The notes under the pieces: model-generated
What the model was told of the DNA's origin: nothing
The model's database searches: none
Seen by the model: the letters and a program-made list of their open reading frames with translations, nothing else
In this document: in pieces, positions 1 through 9,937 of the stretch
Position numbering within the stretch: the first letter of the stretch is position 1
Layout of the letters: each line of letters starts with the position of its first letter
DNA from: an uncultured Nitrospiraceae bacterium
GTDB taxonomy: Bacteria > Nitrospirota > Nitrospiria > Nitrospirales > Nitrospiraceae
Direction: 5' to 3'
Assembly: GCA_963730935.1 (NCBI GenBank)
Contig: CAVSTP010000001.1
Span: 1 to 64,000 of the forward strand
Length of the DNA stretch: 64,000 nt
Translations under genes and position numbers: made by a program

Positions 1-698
1 ACGTCTCGGTTTTCACTTCTTTCCGGGTCGAATCCTGCTTCAACAAAACGGCTTCGCAACGGTCTCACGAATCCTTTTGTTCCGCACAGCATGGGGAGGA
101 CTTTCGCAGGTCGATCGAGAATGGGACGCAGCATGGGCAGTGTCAGGTCGACGGCCTGTTGTTCCCCGTCAGCGGCGACGAGCGGTAAATACCGGAAACC
201 TGGCTGTGTGACGGCCAACGATAGCAATTCCTGATGGAACAGCAGTTCGTCTTCTGCCGGCGCGACGGCGATCAAGAGGACAGGATCACGGTAGCGTTGC
301 CCATACAGTTCCTTCAGCATGCATCGGATAGGCACCAAACCGGTGTAGCGGGCGACAAGGATGAGTTCACGATCGATGGACGGTGGCAGCACGAAATTCC
401 CAAATGGCCCTGAAAGTGCCAGTTCTTCACCCGGCTTCATCTGGGACAGGTAACCGGAGCCCAATCCATCGGTCACGCGGTCGAATATCAGGGTCAATTC
501 GCCTGTAGCCGTAGCGGGAGCCGCCATTGAGTAGGCTCGATTGAGCGGCGGCCGGGTCCCAACCGGAAGCTTGAGAGACACCCATTGTCCCGGCTTGAAG
601 CCGATCGGCTGCTCTCTCGGCAGGACGACGAGTTGCCGCACCTGCGAGGTGAGCTGAGTGGCGGAGAGGACCCTCGCTGATTGAATGTGTTCTGCCAT
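1..698 (-). CDS. FAD-binding oxidoreductase, ferredoxin-NADP reductase family (3' end runs off window)
   Basis: Manual translation from ATG at 698 gives MAEHIQSARV...FKPGQWVSL...NRAYSMA...DGLGSGYL...LSGPFGNF...LVARYTGLVP...MLCGTKGF. The RxYS, GxxSxxL, GPxG and CG motifs are present. Absent from the ORF track because no stop lies in the window. Confidence 0.85.
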   Translation of the reverse strand, partial: MAEHIQSARVLSATQLTSQVRQLVVLPREQPIGFKPGQWVSLKLPVGTRPPLNRAYSMAAPATATGELTLIFDRVTDGLGSGYLSQMKPGEELALSGPFGNFVLPPSIDRELILVARYTGLVPIRCMLKELYGQRYRDPVLLIAVAPAEDELLFHQELLSLAVTQPGFRYLPLVAADGEQQAVDLTLPMLRPILDRPAKVLPMLCGTKGFVRPLRSRFVEAGFDPERSENRD

Positions 699-793
699 GA
701 TCCTCCGGTGAGTCTTATCAAAATACATGGGCGCTTTTCCACGCACGTTCACACATGTTATAGATACCGGCCCTTGAAACTGAGAGATAGGTC

Positions 794-2215
794 ATGATCC
801 CAGTCCGTGTCCGCTTCGCGCCTAGTCCAACCGGGTTTCTGCATATCGGCGGTGTGCGCACCGCACTGTTCAACTGGCTGTATGCCAGACAACAGCAGGG
901 CGTGTTCATTTTGCGGATCGAAGATACGGATCAAAGCCGGTCAACCGATGAATCGATCCAAGCGATCATCGAGGGTTTGCGGTGGGTCGGTCTCGATTGG
1001 GATGAGGGCCCCTATCGGCAAACAGAACGGATGGAAGTATACCGCAGTCATGCCATGAAGCTCCTGGAGGGAGGACAGGCCTATTGGTGTGTGTGTAAAG
1101 CGGAGGAGTTGGAAGCCAGAAGGAAAGAGGCGGAGGCGAAAGGTCTCTCGCCCGGGTATGACGGTCGTTGCAGGAACCTGGGAATCTCGCAGCCCTCCGG
1201 CGAAGCCGCATTGCGGTTCAAAGCCCCACAAACCGGTCAGACCGTAGTGGACGATTTGATCAAAGGCAGGATTGTCTTCGACAACATGGTCCTCGATGAT
1301 TTAATCATTCTGCGGTCGAACGGCTATCCGACCTATAATTTTTCCGTCGTGGTTGACGATGCACTAATGCGCATCACGCATGTCGTTCGTGGAGATGATC
1401 ATCTCACGAATACGCCGCGACAAGTGCCGATGTTCCAAGCGCTGGGTTTTCCCGTGCCACAGTTCGGTCATTTGCCGATGATTCTGGGGTCCGATAAGGC
1501 GCGTCTCTCCAAGAGACACGGCGCGACGTCCGTCATGGCCTACAAAGAGATGGGATATCTGCCTGAGGCATTGGTGAACTATCTCGCCCGACTCGGGTGG
1601 TCGCACGGCGACCAAGAACTCTTTACAAGCTCGGAATTGATCGAGAAGTTTAACTGGAAGAATGTTCAGACGTCTGCAGCCGTCTTCAATCCCGACAAAC
1701 TCCTGTGGATGAACGCCGAATACATTAAGAACAGCCCGCCCGAGGCTGTAGCAGGGGTCTTAGCGCCTTTCTTGGAACAGGCAGGCCTGCTCGGTTCAGC
1801 GCATCCTGTAACACAGGAGTGGCTGGTGCAGCTTGTGGTCCTCGTAAGAGAACGCGCCAAAACGCTGGTCGACATGGTCGAATGGGTGAAGCCGTACTTC
1901 GGCGAAGCGGTCGTCTGGGAAGAAGAGGCAGCAACGAAATTTCTGACGCCGGCGAACGCTCCCGTGCTGCGCAAGCTCCTCGAACGCTTTGTTTCGCTGT
2001 CCGGATTTTCAAAACAGGCGTGGGAGGAACAGTTCAAGCGGCTCGTTGAGGAAGAAGGAATGAAGATGGGTCAGCTCGCACAGCCGGTGCGGGTGGCGCT
2101 GACGGGCCGCACGGCGAGTCCCGGTCTGTTTGACGTCATGGAGGTGCTTGGCCGCGAGCGGACGTTGTCCCGGCTTCAACAAAGCATCGCGCGCGCCGAA
2201 GCCGCGCACGCTTGA
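794..2215 (+). CDS. gltX: Glutamate--tRNA ligase
   Basis: RVRFAPSPTGFLHIGG, LRIEDTD, HVVRGDDH and RLSKRHG (KMSKS-like) motifs, plus a CxC...YDGRC zinc motif. Confidence 0.98.
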   Translation: MIPVRVRFAPSPTGFLHIGGVRTALFNWLYARQQQGVFILRIEDTDQSRSTDESIQAIIEGLRWVGLDWDEGPYRQTERMEVYRSHAMKLLEGGQAYWCVCKAEELEARRKEAEAKGLSPGYDGRCRNLGISQPSGEAALRFKAPQTGQTVVDDLIKGRIVFDNMVLDDLIILRSNGYPTYNFSVVVDDALMRITHVVRGDDHLTNTPRQVPMFQALGFPVPQFGHLPMILGSDKARLSKRHGATSVMAYKEMGYLPEALVNYLARLGWSHGDQELFTSSELIEKFNWKNVQTSAAVFNPDKLLWMNAEYIKNSPPEAVAGVLAPFLEQAGLLGSAHPVTQEWLVQLVVLVRERAKTLVDMVEWVKPYFGEAVVWEEEAATKFLTPANAPVLRKLLERFVSLSGFSKQAWEEQFKRLVEEEGMKMGQLAQPVRVALTGRTASPGLFDVMEVLGRERTLSRLQQSIARAEAAHA

Positions 2216-2251
2216 CGGACTGATCGGTCGTGTATTAGGTTGAACGCCGGT

Positions 2252-2325
2252 TGGGGGATCGTCTAGCGGTAGGACGTCAGTCTCTGGATCTGACTACCTA
2301 GGTTCGATTCCTAGTCCCCCAGCCA
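2252..2325 (+). tRNA. tRNA-Gln(CTG)
   Basis: Acceptor stem TGGGGGA/TCCCCCA, anticodon loop CTCTGGA, GGTTCGATTCC T-arm, encoded CCA. Confidence 0.95.
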
Positions 2326-2371
2326 ACCATTCGCCGTTCGAATCCCATAGCTTTCCGCACCCGTACCGCGC

Positions 2372-2445
2372 TGGGGGATCGTCTAGCGGTAGGACGCCAG
2401 CCTTTGGAGCTGGCTACCTAGGTTCGATTCCTAGTCCCCCAGCCA
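2372..2445 (+). tRNA. tRNA-Gln(TTG)
   Basis: Same body as the previous tRNA; anticodon arm GCCAGC-CTTTGGA-GCTGGC; encoded CCA. Confidence 0.96.
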
Positions 2446-2467
2446 CTATTCCCAATTTCTTCATTCA

Positions 2468-3301
2468 TTAGACAGCGAGCGGTCGACCGGTGGCCGTCGT
2501 CTTCACGGGCTGAGCTGGAACGGATATGGGCACTGTCTCGTCCCGCCACAGCGCAATACCGCCGATCAATCCGTTGAGATTGGAAATGATCGTCACATTG
2601 GCGGGAAGCAAACCAACATCGACTTCCTTGGAGTTGCCCCCGCCTATGTACAGTTTTGTGAAGTGAAAAATCTCATCGAGGCGATTGATAAATTTGATCA
2701 GGCGCTTGTTCCACCTTTTCTTGCCGACTTTCTGTAACGCCGCATTTCGCAATTTGTCGTTGCCGATTTCAAGGTTGGGGGCGAGGCGGCCATCGACAAA
2801 CAGGGACGTTCCCACGCCGGTGCCCAACGTGACGACCAACTCCACACCGGCGCCTGCAATAGCGCCGAAGCCTTGGACGTCCGCATCGTTTGCGACCCGA
2901 ACGGGTTTCTTCAGCCGTGCCTGGAGGCTCTCTGCGATGTTGAAACCCTGCCATTCCTTCGCCAGATTCGGCGCGTCCATGGCGATGCCGTTAATGACGA
3001 CCCCGGGAAAGCCGACCGCCACACGGTCGTAGTTCTCTAATTCATCGGCGAGCGCGATGATGATGTCCATGACCGCACCCGGCAAGCCCGAGGCTGGGGA
3101 CTCCCGTCTCAGCCGCTCGCTGACCGACTTTCCGAGGTCGTTCAGCAATGTCGCCTTGATCCCGCTGCCGCCCACATCAACGACGAGCGTTCGACGGCTC
3201 GAACCGTTCTCATCGGATTGCTTGGCATCGGGTCGATTAGAAGCGGGCTGCTTGGCACCGCTCTTGGCCTTGTCTGTCTTTCGGCTGTTTTCTTTCGGCA
3301 T
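2468..3301 (-). CDS. ROK-family sugar kinase, polyphosphate glucokinase-like
   Basis: VDVGGSGIK, VGFPGVV, NDADVQG, VTLGTGVG and YIGGGN motifs. Start at 3301 is preferred but uncertain. Confidence 0.8.
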   Translation of the reverse strand: MPKENSRKTDKAKSGAKQPASNRPDAKQSDENGSSRRTLVVDVGGSGIKATLLNDLGKSVSERLRRESPASGLPGAVMDIIIALADELENYDRVAVGFPGVVINGIAMDAPNLAKEWQGFNIAESLQARLKKPVRVANDADVQGFGAIAGAGVELVVTLGTGVGTSLFVDGRLAPNLEIGNDKLRNAALQKVGKKRWNKRLIKFINRLDEIFHFTKLYIGGGNSKEVDVGLLPANVTIISNLNGLIGGIALWRDETVPISVPAQPVKTTATGRPLAV

Positions 3302-3438
3302 AAAGACCTTGCTAGCGAGACGACTTGTCCTCTCTTGGAATGATCTGTCCCCCACGGTCGGACAGTTCGAGGGGTTCCAGACCCGAAATGGCCGAACATC
3401 GGTGACTCCCGCCCGCGGGACTACGCCGTTTGCAGGAG

Positions 3439-4482
3439 TTAGGCCAGACTATTAAGGTCGATCACGAAGCGGAACCGAACGTCACCGCGTACGACGCGCT
3501 CATAAGCCTCGTTGATCTGTTGGATGGGGATGGTTTCGACATCTGACTCGATGTGGTGCTCAGCGCAGAAATCCAACATCTCTTGCGTCTCCCGGATGCC
3601 TCCGATGACCGATCCGGCGATGCTCCGGCGGTGCATGATCAGAGGAAAGGGCTCGAGAGGCGCTGAGTGTTCGGGTGCTCCCACTAGGATCATCGTACCG
3701 TCAGTTTTCAGAAGTTGGACATAGGCATTGTAGTCGTGGACTGCCGACACGGTGTCGAGCACAAAGTCGAAATGCCGCCGGAATCTTGCTAGGTTGTTCG
3801 GCTCAGTGCTGACGACAAATTCGCTCGCGCCGAGTCGCTTCGCGTCCGCTCTCTTCGCGTCAGAGGTGCTGAAGACCGTGACTTCTGTGCCCAGTGCATG
3901 GGCAATCTTGACGGCCATGTGGCCCAACCCGCCGAGCCCAAGCACGGCCACCTTGTGGTACTTCCCGACGCCCCAATGACGAAATGGAGAATAGGTCGTG
4001 ATGCCGGCGCAGAGCAAGGGAGCCGAACCGGCGGGAGACAAGGCAGCCGGCATCTTGAGCGTATAGCGTTCGTCCACGACGATCTGAGTCGAGTACCCGC
4101 CGTGGGTGACAGTTCCGTTCTTATCGCGGCTGCTGTACGTCAGGACCATTCCTGCGTCGCAGTATTGTTCCAGGCCTTCACGGCAAGGGGAGCACGTCCT
4201 GCAGGAATCGACGAAACAGCCCACGCCGGCCCGGTCGCCGACTCGAAAGAGCTTCACCGCAGAGCCGATTTCACTAACAGTGCCGACGATTTCATGGCCG
4301 GGCACCATGGGGAAAATCGACTCGCCCCATTCATTGCGAGCCATATGGATGTCTGAGTGGCAGATCCCGCAGTGTGAAATCTCGAGCAGGACGTCGTGAG
4401 CACTTACATCACGCCGTTCAAAAAGGAATGGCTGCAAGGGGGCGCTGGCAGCTATGGCGGCATAGCCTTTGGTCGGCAGCAT
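3439..4482 (-). CDS. Zn-dependent NAD(P) alcohol dehydrogenase (cinnamyl-alcohol dehydrogenase/YahK-like)
   Basis: CGICHSD, GHEIVG, structural CxxCxxC...C, PLLCAGIT, GLGGLG. Confidence 0.93.
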   Translation of the reverse strand: MLPTKGYAAIAASAPLQPFLFERRDVSAHDVLLEISHCGICHSDIHMARNEWGESIFPMVPGHEIVGTVSEIGSAVKLFRVGDRAGVGCFVDSCRTCSPCREGLEQYCDAGMVLTYSSRDKNGTVTHGGYSTQIVVDERYTLKMPAALSPAGSAPLLCAGITTYSPFRHWGVGKYHKVAVLGLGGLGHMAVKIAHALGTEVTVFSTSDAKRADAKRLGASEFVVSTEPNNLARFRRHFDFVLDTVSAVHDYNAYVQLLKTDGTMILVGAPEHSAPLEPFPLIMHRRSIAGSVIGGIRETQEMLDFCAEHHIESDVETIPIQQINEAYERVVRGDVRFRFVIDLNSLA

Positions 4483-4576
4483 CCCGATCTCCGGATTGTG
4501 AAAGGAAAGGTAACTTAGCAAGATCAGTCGGGCTTGCCAACACGAATTTGGGGATAGAGGCAGGTCCTGAGTGCAA

Positions 4577-4780
4577 TTAGCCCCTTGAGCGCTCGCCGGT
4601 GTCGGGCTCTGTTTCCTGCGTGGGTTCGGTGGGAAGTTCCATCAAGAGATTCGGGCCGGGAACTCGATATTGTTCAGCCGCCCATGTGCCGAGATCTGTA
4701 AGTTGACAGCGTTCCGAACAGAAGGGACGCCAGGGATTGCCTTCCCAGGCCGTCGGTCGATGGCAGAGCGGGCAGACCAT
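4577..4780 (-). CDS. yacG: DNA gyrase inhibitor YacG
   Basis: CPLC...[26 protein letters not shown] signature. Confidence 0.9.
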   Translation of the reverse strand: MVCPLCHRPTAWEGNPWRPFCSERCQLTDLGTWAAEQYRVPGPNLLMELPTEPTQETEPDTGERSRG

Positions 4781-4813
4781 CCCGAATCTTACTACACCCG
4801 GAGGATAAAAGGA

Positions 4814-5149
4814 TCAGCTGGGGCGGATAGGATAAGTCGTTTTGGTATGCAAGAGACGGTGCAGCCGATTCTGATCGATCTCCGAGACCCCGAGGAACTC
4901 GACTCCGAACTCCCCGTGTTTGCTCCATCGAACCGCCGCCGACTCGATCGTGATCGGAGACCCCAGGTCTGTGGCCCGAATAAGGATTCGGACCGCTGAA
5001 CCGGCCTTGACGGCCGTCATACTCGTGACGGCACATCCCCCTGCCGACAGGTCGAACATGGTGCCTTCGCGAATTGAGTTATTGCCAGTGGTAGAAAAAT
5101 ACACCTGGAGCTCGACTGGAACTCGTGGATATTGCCGACATTCGATCAT
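4814..5149 (-). CDS. PilZ domain protein
   Basis: RQYPR (RxxxR) and DLSAGG (DxSxxG) are intact; VRW...FGVEF; AAGGAG RBS before ATG at 5149. Confidence 0.88.
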   Translation of the reverse strand: MIECRQYPRVPVELQVYFSTTGNNSIREGTMFDLSAGGCAVTSMTAVKAGSAVRILIRATDLGSPITIESAAVRWSKHGEFGVEFLGVSEIDQNRLHRLLHTKTTYPIRPS

Positions 5150-5330
5150 CTTCGACTCCTTGTACTTCGTGCGATCCAGCAGGTCCGGGTTCAGTGTAAC
5201 AACCCGGCCCCTCGTGTAAAGCAATCCTTGATTTCAAGGCATGCCATCTCAAGCCTAGCAGGGATGCCTAATCTGTAAAGGGAGCGCAAGCCGGCGGATC
5301 TAGAGACGTTTGTAGGAGCCCGATCGAAGA

Positions 5331-7025
5331 TCAGCGGGCGGGCTGACGCTTGTCGAGCCTGGCCCAGGCGTCTTTGAGGGACACCGTGCGATTGAACACC
5401 AACTGATCCGGGATGGAGTCCGGATCAACACTAAAGTAGCCCAATCGCTCGAATTGAAATCTGGTCCCTGGGCCGGCCGACTTGAGGCCCGGTTCGACCA
5501 GGCATCCGGTAAGCCGTTCTAGAGACTGTGAGTTCAGATAGGCCGTCCAATCCTGAGCCTGAGGTACGCTCGAGAGGTCGTCTTTCAGCAGCGGGTTGTA
5601 GAGGCGAACTTCTGCTTCCAGCGCATGAGCTGCAGAAACCCAATGGATCGTGGCCTTTACTTTCCTTCGGGCATCGGGACCTCCGCTCTTGGTCTGTGGA
5701 TCGTACGTGCAGTGCAATTCGGTCACTTCTCCGGTCCGGGCATCCTTCGTCACACCGACGCATTTAATAATGTAGGCGTAACGAAGGCGAACCTCTCGTC
5801 CTGGCGCGAGCCGGAAAAATTCTTTCGGAGGATCTTCAAGAAAATCGTCCCGCTCGATATACAGCGTCCGAGAAAAGGGAATCGAACGTGTGCCGGCCGT
5901 GGCATCCTCCGGATTGTTGACCGCGTCCAGCTCCTCGGATCCTTGCTCGGGATAGTTGTCGATCACGACCTTCAGCGGCTTTAGCACGGCCATCACCCGA
6001 GCTGCCCGCTTGTTCAAATCCTCTCGGATGAAGTGCTCCAGCAGCTGCATTTCAACCACGGCGTCTCGCTTGGACACGCCGATGTGCTCGCAAAAGGCCC
6101 GGATCGCTTCTGACGTATAGCCGCGGCGTCGAAGCCCCTTGAGTGTCGGCAGGCGAGGATCGTCCCACCCGGCCACCTGCTTGTTCTCCACGAGTTCCAG
6201 CAATTTTCGTTTGCTCATGACCGCGTGGCTGATGTTCAGGCGGGCAAACTCGATCTGTTGCGGACGGTCCGATGTACCGGCCCGTTCGACAACCCAGTCA
6301 TAGAGCGGCCGATGGTCCTCAAACTCCAAAGTGCAGATCGAATGTGTCACGCCTTCGATCGCATCGGAAAACGGATGGGCGAAGTCATAGGACGGGTAGA
6401 TTGGCCATGTCCGGCCTGTCCGATAGTGGGCAGTGTGCCGGATTCGATACAACACCGGATCCCGCAGGTTGATGTTTGGCGACGCCATGTCGATTTTGGC
6501 TCGCAACACGTGCGTTCCCTCCGCGAATTCGCCGTTGCGCATCCGACGCAAAAGATCGAGATTCTCCTCTACAGAGCGGTCGCGGTAAGGGCTGTCCTTT
6601 CCCGGTTCGGTCAACGTGCCTCGGTATTGTCTCATCTCGTCGGCGGTGAGACTGTCGACGTAAGCCGAGCCTGTCTTGATCAGGCGTTCCGCAAAGTCAT
6701 AGAGCCGCTCGAAGTAATCCGAGGCAAAGTAGAGGTGGTTCCCCCAGTCGAATCCAAGCCAACGGACATCCTCCTGGATCGACTGGACGTATTCGGGATC
6801 TTCCGTCGTGGGATTCGTGTCGTCGAATCGCAGATGACAGACGCCGCCCGGGTGCTCCGCCGCCAGACCGAAATTGAGGCAGATGGATTTGGCATGGCCG
6901 ATATGAAGATAGCCGTTCGGTTCCGGCGGAAAGCGAGTCACGACACGGCTGCCATGGTTTCCCGCAACACGGTCCGCCGCGACAATCTCACGGATAAAAT
7001 TGGATGCACTTGTTCCTTCAGGCAC
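5331..7025 (-). CDS. glnS: Glutamine--tRNA ligase
   Basis: [50 protein letters not shown]. Confidence 0.97.
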   Translation of the reverse strand: MPEGTSASNFIREIVAADRVAGNHGSRVVTRFPPEPNGYLHIGHAKSICLNFGLAAEHPGGVCHLRFDDTNPTTEDPEYVQSIQEDVRWLGFDWGNHLYFASDYFERLYDFAERLIKTGSAYVDSLTADEMRQYRGTLTEPGKDSPYRDRSVEENLDLLRRMRNGEFAEGTHVLRAKIDMASPNINLRDPVLYRIRHTAHYRTGRTWPIYPSYDFAHPFSDAIEGVTHSICTLEFEDHRPLYDWVVERAGTSDRPQQIEFARLNISHAVMSKRKLLELVENKQVAGWDDPRLPTLKGLRRRGYTSEAIRAFCEHIGVSKRDAVVEMQLLEHFIREDLNKRAARVMAVLKPLKVVIDNYPEQGSEELDAVNNPEDATAGTRSIPFSRTLYIERDDFLEDPPKEFFRLAPGREVRLRYAYIIKCVGVTKDARTGEVTELHCTYDPQTKSGGPDARRKVKATIHWVSAAHALEAEVRLYNPLLKDDLSSVPQAQDWTAYLNSQSLERLTGCLVEPGLKSAGPGTRFQFERLGYFSVDPDSIPDQLVFNRTVSLKDAWARLDKRQPAR

Positions 7026-7143
7026 GATCCTTCCGTAGCCTCCTGGCGTCCATAACGATGGCGGGATATCCCACCATTTCTATCATAAGTACCACATGGG
7101 GGAGAAGAGCCAATCTCGGTAAGGGGTGGGAGAGGAGGAGCTT

Positions 7144-7560
7144 TCAGGCTGTCTGATGGGTCGAGATCTGTATGACGTTGAAATCCTTTTGGGCGATCAG
7201 GTGCCCTTCCATACGGAGACGAAACTCATATCGGCCGGGGGCCGGAAAGATGAGCGACGGGATATTGATCCCGAAGTCCGAGATCTGCAGACGGTCCGCG
7301 ATCACGATGTTCGGGAGCGTGGCGCGGCAGACGAGTTGTTCGCTGTTGAGGTAAATGAGATCGATATCGAACTGGTAGGTGCCTTCAGCGTCGGTCAGGC
7401 AGAAGTACAAGCCCATCTGTTGGTGTTGGAATGGAAAGCTCAAGGCTTGCAGATGCGTGAACAAGCCGATCAGGCTCTTTTTCTTGGTCGCGCTGTCTTC
7501 AATGACTTGGTCGCAGACAAGGAACGCCTGCACGCTGGGTTTGATGATTTCAGACATCAT
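7144..7560 (-). CDS. Conserved hypothetical protein (DUF6941-like)
   Basis: AFLVCDQVIED...KKSLIGLF...FPAPGRYEF pattern; strong promoter directly upstream. Confidence 0.6.
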   Translation of the reverse strand: MMSEIIKPSVQAFLVCDQVIEDSATKKKSLIGLFTHLQALSFPFQHQQMGLYFCLTDAEGTYQFDIDLIYLNSEQLVCRATLPNIVIADRLQISDFGINIPSLIFPAPGRYEFRLRMEGHLIAQKDFNVIQISTHQTA

Positions 7561-7564
7561 ACCT

Positions 7565-7592
7565 ATTCTACGGGAGTCTCACCGGCTGTCAA
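7565..7592 (-). promoter_or_regulatory. Sigma70-type promoter TTGACA-N16-TAGAAT, probably leaderless
   Basis: Minus strand reads TTGACAgccggtgagactcccgTAGAATaggtATGATG. Confidence 0.65.
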
Positions 7593-7642
7593 AGGGATAT
7601 GCCTTTCCGTGGGCGACGGGAACTGGGAGGGCCGGCCGCAGG

Positions 7643-8188
7643 CTAGCCGATTGCCGCGGTCCCACCGCGGCCCTCGACCACATCACCGAACATCGTCAAA
7701 CCGGTGCCGAGGCGGCAGTAATGGGGGCTGATCGACACCACTTCGCCCTTGTGGGTATGAAAATGTGCGGTCGTAAATCGGATTTTCCGTCGGTGGAACA
7801 AATACACCTCGACCACCGAGCTGCCGGTTGCCCGTTCGGAAACGGTGACCGTGAGAGGATCATCGAGGGTTGGGTCAGGAGGCGCGGTCACGCCCACTGC
7901 AAATCGACTCGCGCCGACGGCGGAGAGTTGGTTGCGTCTCAAATGGCCGATGCGCCGCCCCGCCTCATCGTAGAAATCCATGGTCAGCAGCAACGACGGC
8001 GGGTCGGACTGGACTTCCAACACAATCTGTTCTTTGCCCTGAAACTTGATGACGCCATTCGTGGATCGAAAGATGTTGGATCCAACGTGCAATTCCAATC
8101 CGACTTCTGGCTTTTCTTCCTCGACGATCGCCTCGGCGGCTTCGCCGACGTCCGTCATATTGGCGTCGGTCTGAAAGGGATTATGCAT
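7643..8188 (-). CDS. Hypothetical protein
   Basis: Long ORF with a TTGACA-N17-TATTTT promoter upstream (about 8235-8263); start at 8188 or 8158. Confidence 0.65.
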   Translation of the reverse strand: MHNPFQTDANMTDVGEAAEAIVEEEKPEVGLELHVGSNIFRSTNGVIKFQGKEQIVLEVQSDPPSLLLTMDFYDEAGRRIGHLRRNQLSAVGASRFAVGVTAPPDPTLDDPLTVTVSERATGSSVVEVYLFHRRKIRFTTAHFHTHKGEVVSISPHYCRLGTGLTMFGDVVEGRGGTAAIG

Positions 8189-8365
8189 AGTTCGCGCTGG
8201 TGAGGAATCGTGTCGGGAATTGATGACCTGCGAAAAAATAGGCCAAGCAGTCGAATCTGTCAAGATGCCGGCGTCAAAAAACCCCGGTCCGCCGCATGGC
8301 GATGGAATTGAAAACGCTACGGGGCTCATGGTACCGTCAACATTCCGTTTCCAAGTCTGCGCCCT

Positions 8366-8443
8366 GGTCCCATCGTCTAGCCTGGCCTAGGACGGAGCCC
8401 TCTCAAGGCTCAGACACGGGTTCAAATCCCGTTGGGACCACCA
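8366..8443 (+). tRNA. tRNA-Glu(CTC)
   Basis: Acceptor stem GGTCCCA/TGGGACC, anticodon arm GAGCC-CTCTCAA-GGCTC, GGTTCAAATCC T-arm, CCA end. Confidence 0.96.
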
Positions 8444-8470
8444 GCACGTATCGTCCGCTAAAAACTCTCG

Positions 8471-8489
8471 GTGCCTAAATAGTGCCTAA
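8471..8489. repeat. GTGCCTAA direct repeat (11-bp period), with an inverted 10-bp copy at 12858-12867
   Basis: gtgcctaaatagtgcctaag; atttaggcac at 12858-12867 is the reverse complement of gtgcctaaat. Confidence 0.7.
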
Positions 8490-8724
8490 GCAAATCATCA
8501 ACTCCTATCGAATCAGCTCGATGGACATGCTGCCAGTTTGAGGTGGCATGCTATCAGCGTAAACACGCCAAACGAGAAGCGGCTTTCGAGATGCAGTGAT
8601 ACTCTCTGGTGCAGATTCTCCAATGCGGAAAAGTAAAACGAAGCGATGAATGACGTATTTCCTTAGTCCGTCCTTGTCACTTCCCAAATAACCAGCCTAC
8701 AATACACCTCCCGGCGAGATACCA

Positions 8725-9402
8725 ATGCCGTTCACCATTCGCCTAGCCGCGTTGTCGTTTACATATCGACTTCTAACAATTGCACTTCTCTTCCTTGTTA
8801 CCGGCTGCACGTCTCCGGCTAACACGTCTCCGGCCAACACGTCTCCGGCCAACACGTCTCCGGCCAACATCTCCCATACAACACCTCCGAGCAGTTCTGA
8901 ATGGAACCAACTGGCTGAAGATCGTCGTTTCACGATTCGATTTGTGTCCCAGGCCCTATGGGATACAAGACAGCTTGTGGATAAAAAGAGGAGCCGATTG
9001 GAGATCGGAAAGTTGCAGGGTGATTATTCGGAGCTTAAAAGACTGGACGACTCCTTACTACAACTTTTGATGCATAGCATTACGGTAGGCAATAATCCGG
9101 CTGCTGATTATTCGGCAATACATGATGCAATGTTTGATTGGCATAATAAATCTCTCAACCTGGAGGTTTATCTCAAAGTCACCTCTGTGGTTCCGTGGCG
9201 CGGAAGATTCGGTGCGACCGGACAGATCACTAATAACTCCACCATCACACACTTTAGGCATGATTTGCCACGAGGTACCATCACTGCGATTTGGAGCCAA
9301 TGGCAATTAAGGCAGGAAGATCAACGGAACAGAGCGCAGACAGAATTAGATGACGCGTCAATGCCCACTTTCGAAACCCTCATGAAAGAGTTCGGTCCTT
9401 AA
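8725..9402 (+). CDS. Hypothetical lipoprotein with a (TSPAN)4 linker
   Basis: Hydrophobic signal ending in an LVTG-C lipobox; AT-richer sequence than the flanks. Confidence 0.7.
   Translation: MPFTIRLAALSFTYRLLTIALLFLVTGCTSPANTSPANTSPANTSPANISHTTPPSSSEWNQLAEDRRFTIRFVSQALWDTRQLVDKKRSRLEIGKLQGDYSELKRLDDSLLQLLMHSITVGNNPAADYSAIHDAMFDWHNKSLNLEVYLKVTSVVPWRGRFGATGQITNNSTITHFRHDLPRGTITAIWSQWQLRQEDQRNRAQTELDDASMPTFETLMKEFGP
8808..8867 (+). repeat. 15-bp tandem repeat x4 (cacgtctccggcyaa)
   Basis: Seen directly; in frame, encoding TSPAN. Confidence 0.97.
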
Positions 9403-9543
9403 TGTGCCGGTCTATGACGCCGCTTGTTTATTCTCGCACTCCCTTACGCCAGGGACCCCGAGCGATAATATTGGATTCGATCATGATCCGACGCTGCACA
9501 CGCAAGGACGGTTCCACCTGTATTTTTTCGGGAACTCTGCAAA

Positions 9544-9915
9544 TCAGCGCGTGTCGGTGAGCCAATCGATAGCATCTTCTGGAGTCTCAAACGTTTTGAC
9601 GTTCATTCCTCGATTCCCGGCAATGGTTTCACCTAATCTTGTCGGATCACGAAGAGGCTCATGCATAACATACGAAAACCGCGGCACAATCTTGTGCTCA
9701 ACGAAGATCTTGTGAGCTTCTCTCGCTACGAATTCGCCGTAGAAGAAGCGCTCCATGTCCTTGGGCTTCCCCTTCATGTTCCGGGCATCGATCAATATTT
9801 TCTCAGCCTTATGTAGGGCAACAGCCTCAAGCATTTCAAGGAGAGCCTGTTTGGCATCTTCCAGCGAGAACTCTCCGCTGGCATCCACGCTGAGAAGCCC
9901 CGAGTGAAAAAGCAT
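9544..9915 (-). CDS. Hypothetical small protein, possibly STAS/SpoIIAA-like
   Basis: KILIDARNM and C-terminal KTFETPEDAIDWL resemble SpoIIAA-like proteins; a paralogous copy at 12438 supports coding status. Confidence 0.65.
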   Translation of the reverse strand: MLFHSGLLSVDASGEFSLEDAKQALLEMLEAVALHKAEKILIDARNMKGKPKDMERFFYGEFVAREAHKIFVEHKIVPRFSYVMHEPLRDPTRLGETIAGNRGMNVKTFETPEDAIDWLTDTR

Positions 9916-9937
9916 GTTCTGCTGTACGCTCAGTTCT

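Noticed and set aside
8808..8867. Tandem repeat as a possible CRISPR array
   Set aside because: The 15-bp units have no spacers, lie in frame within a gene, and no cas genes are present.
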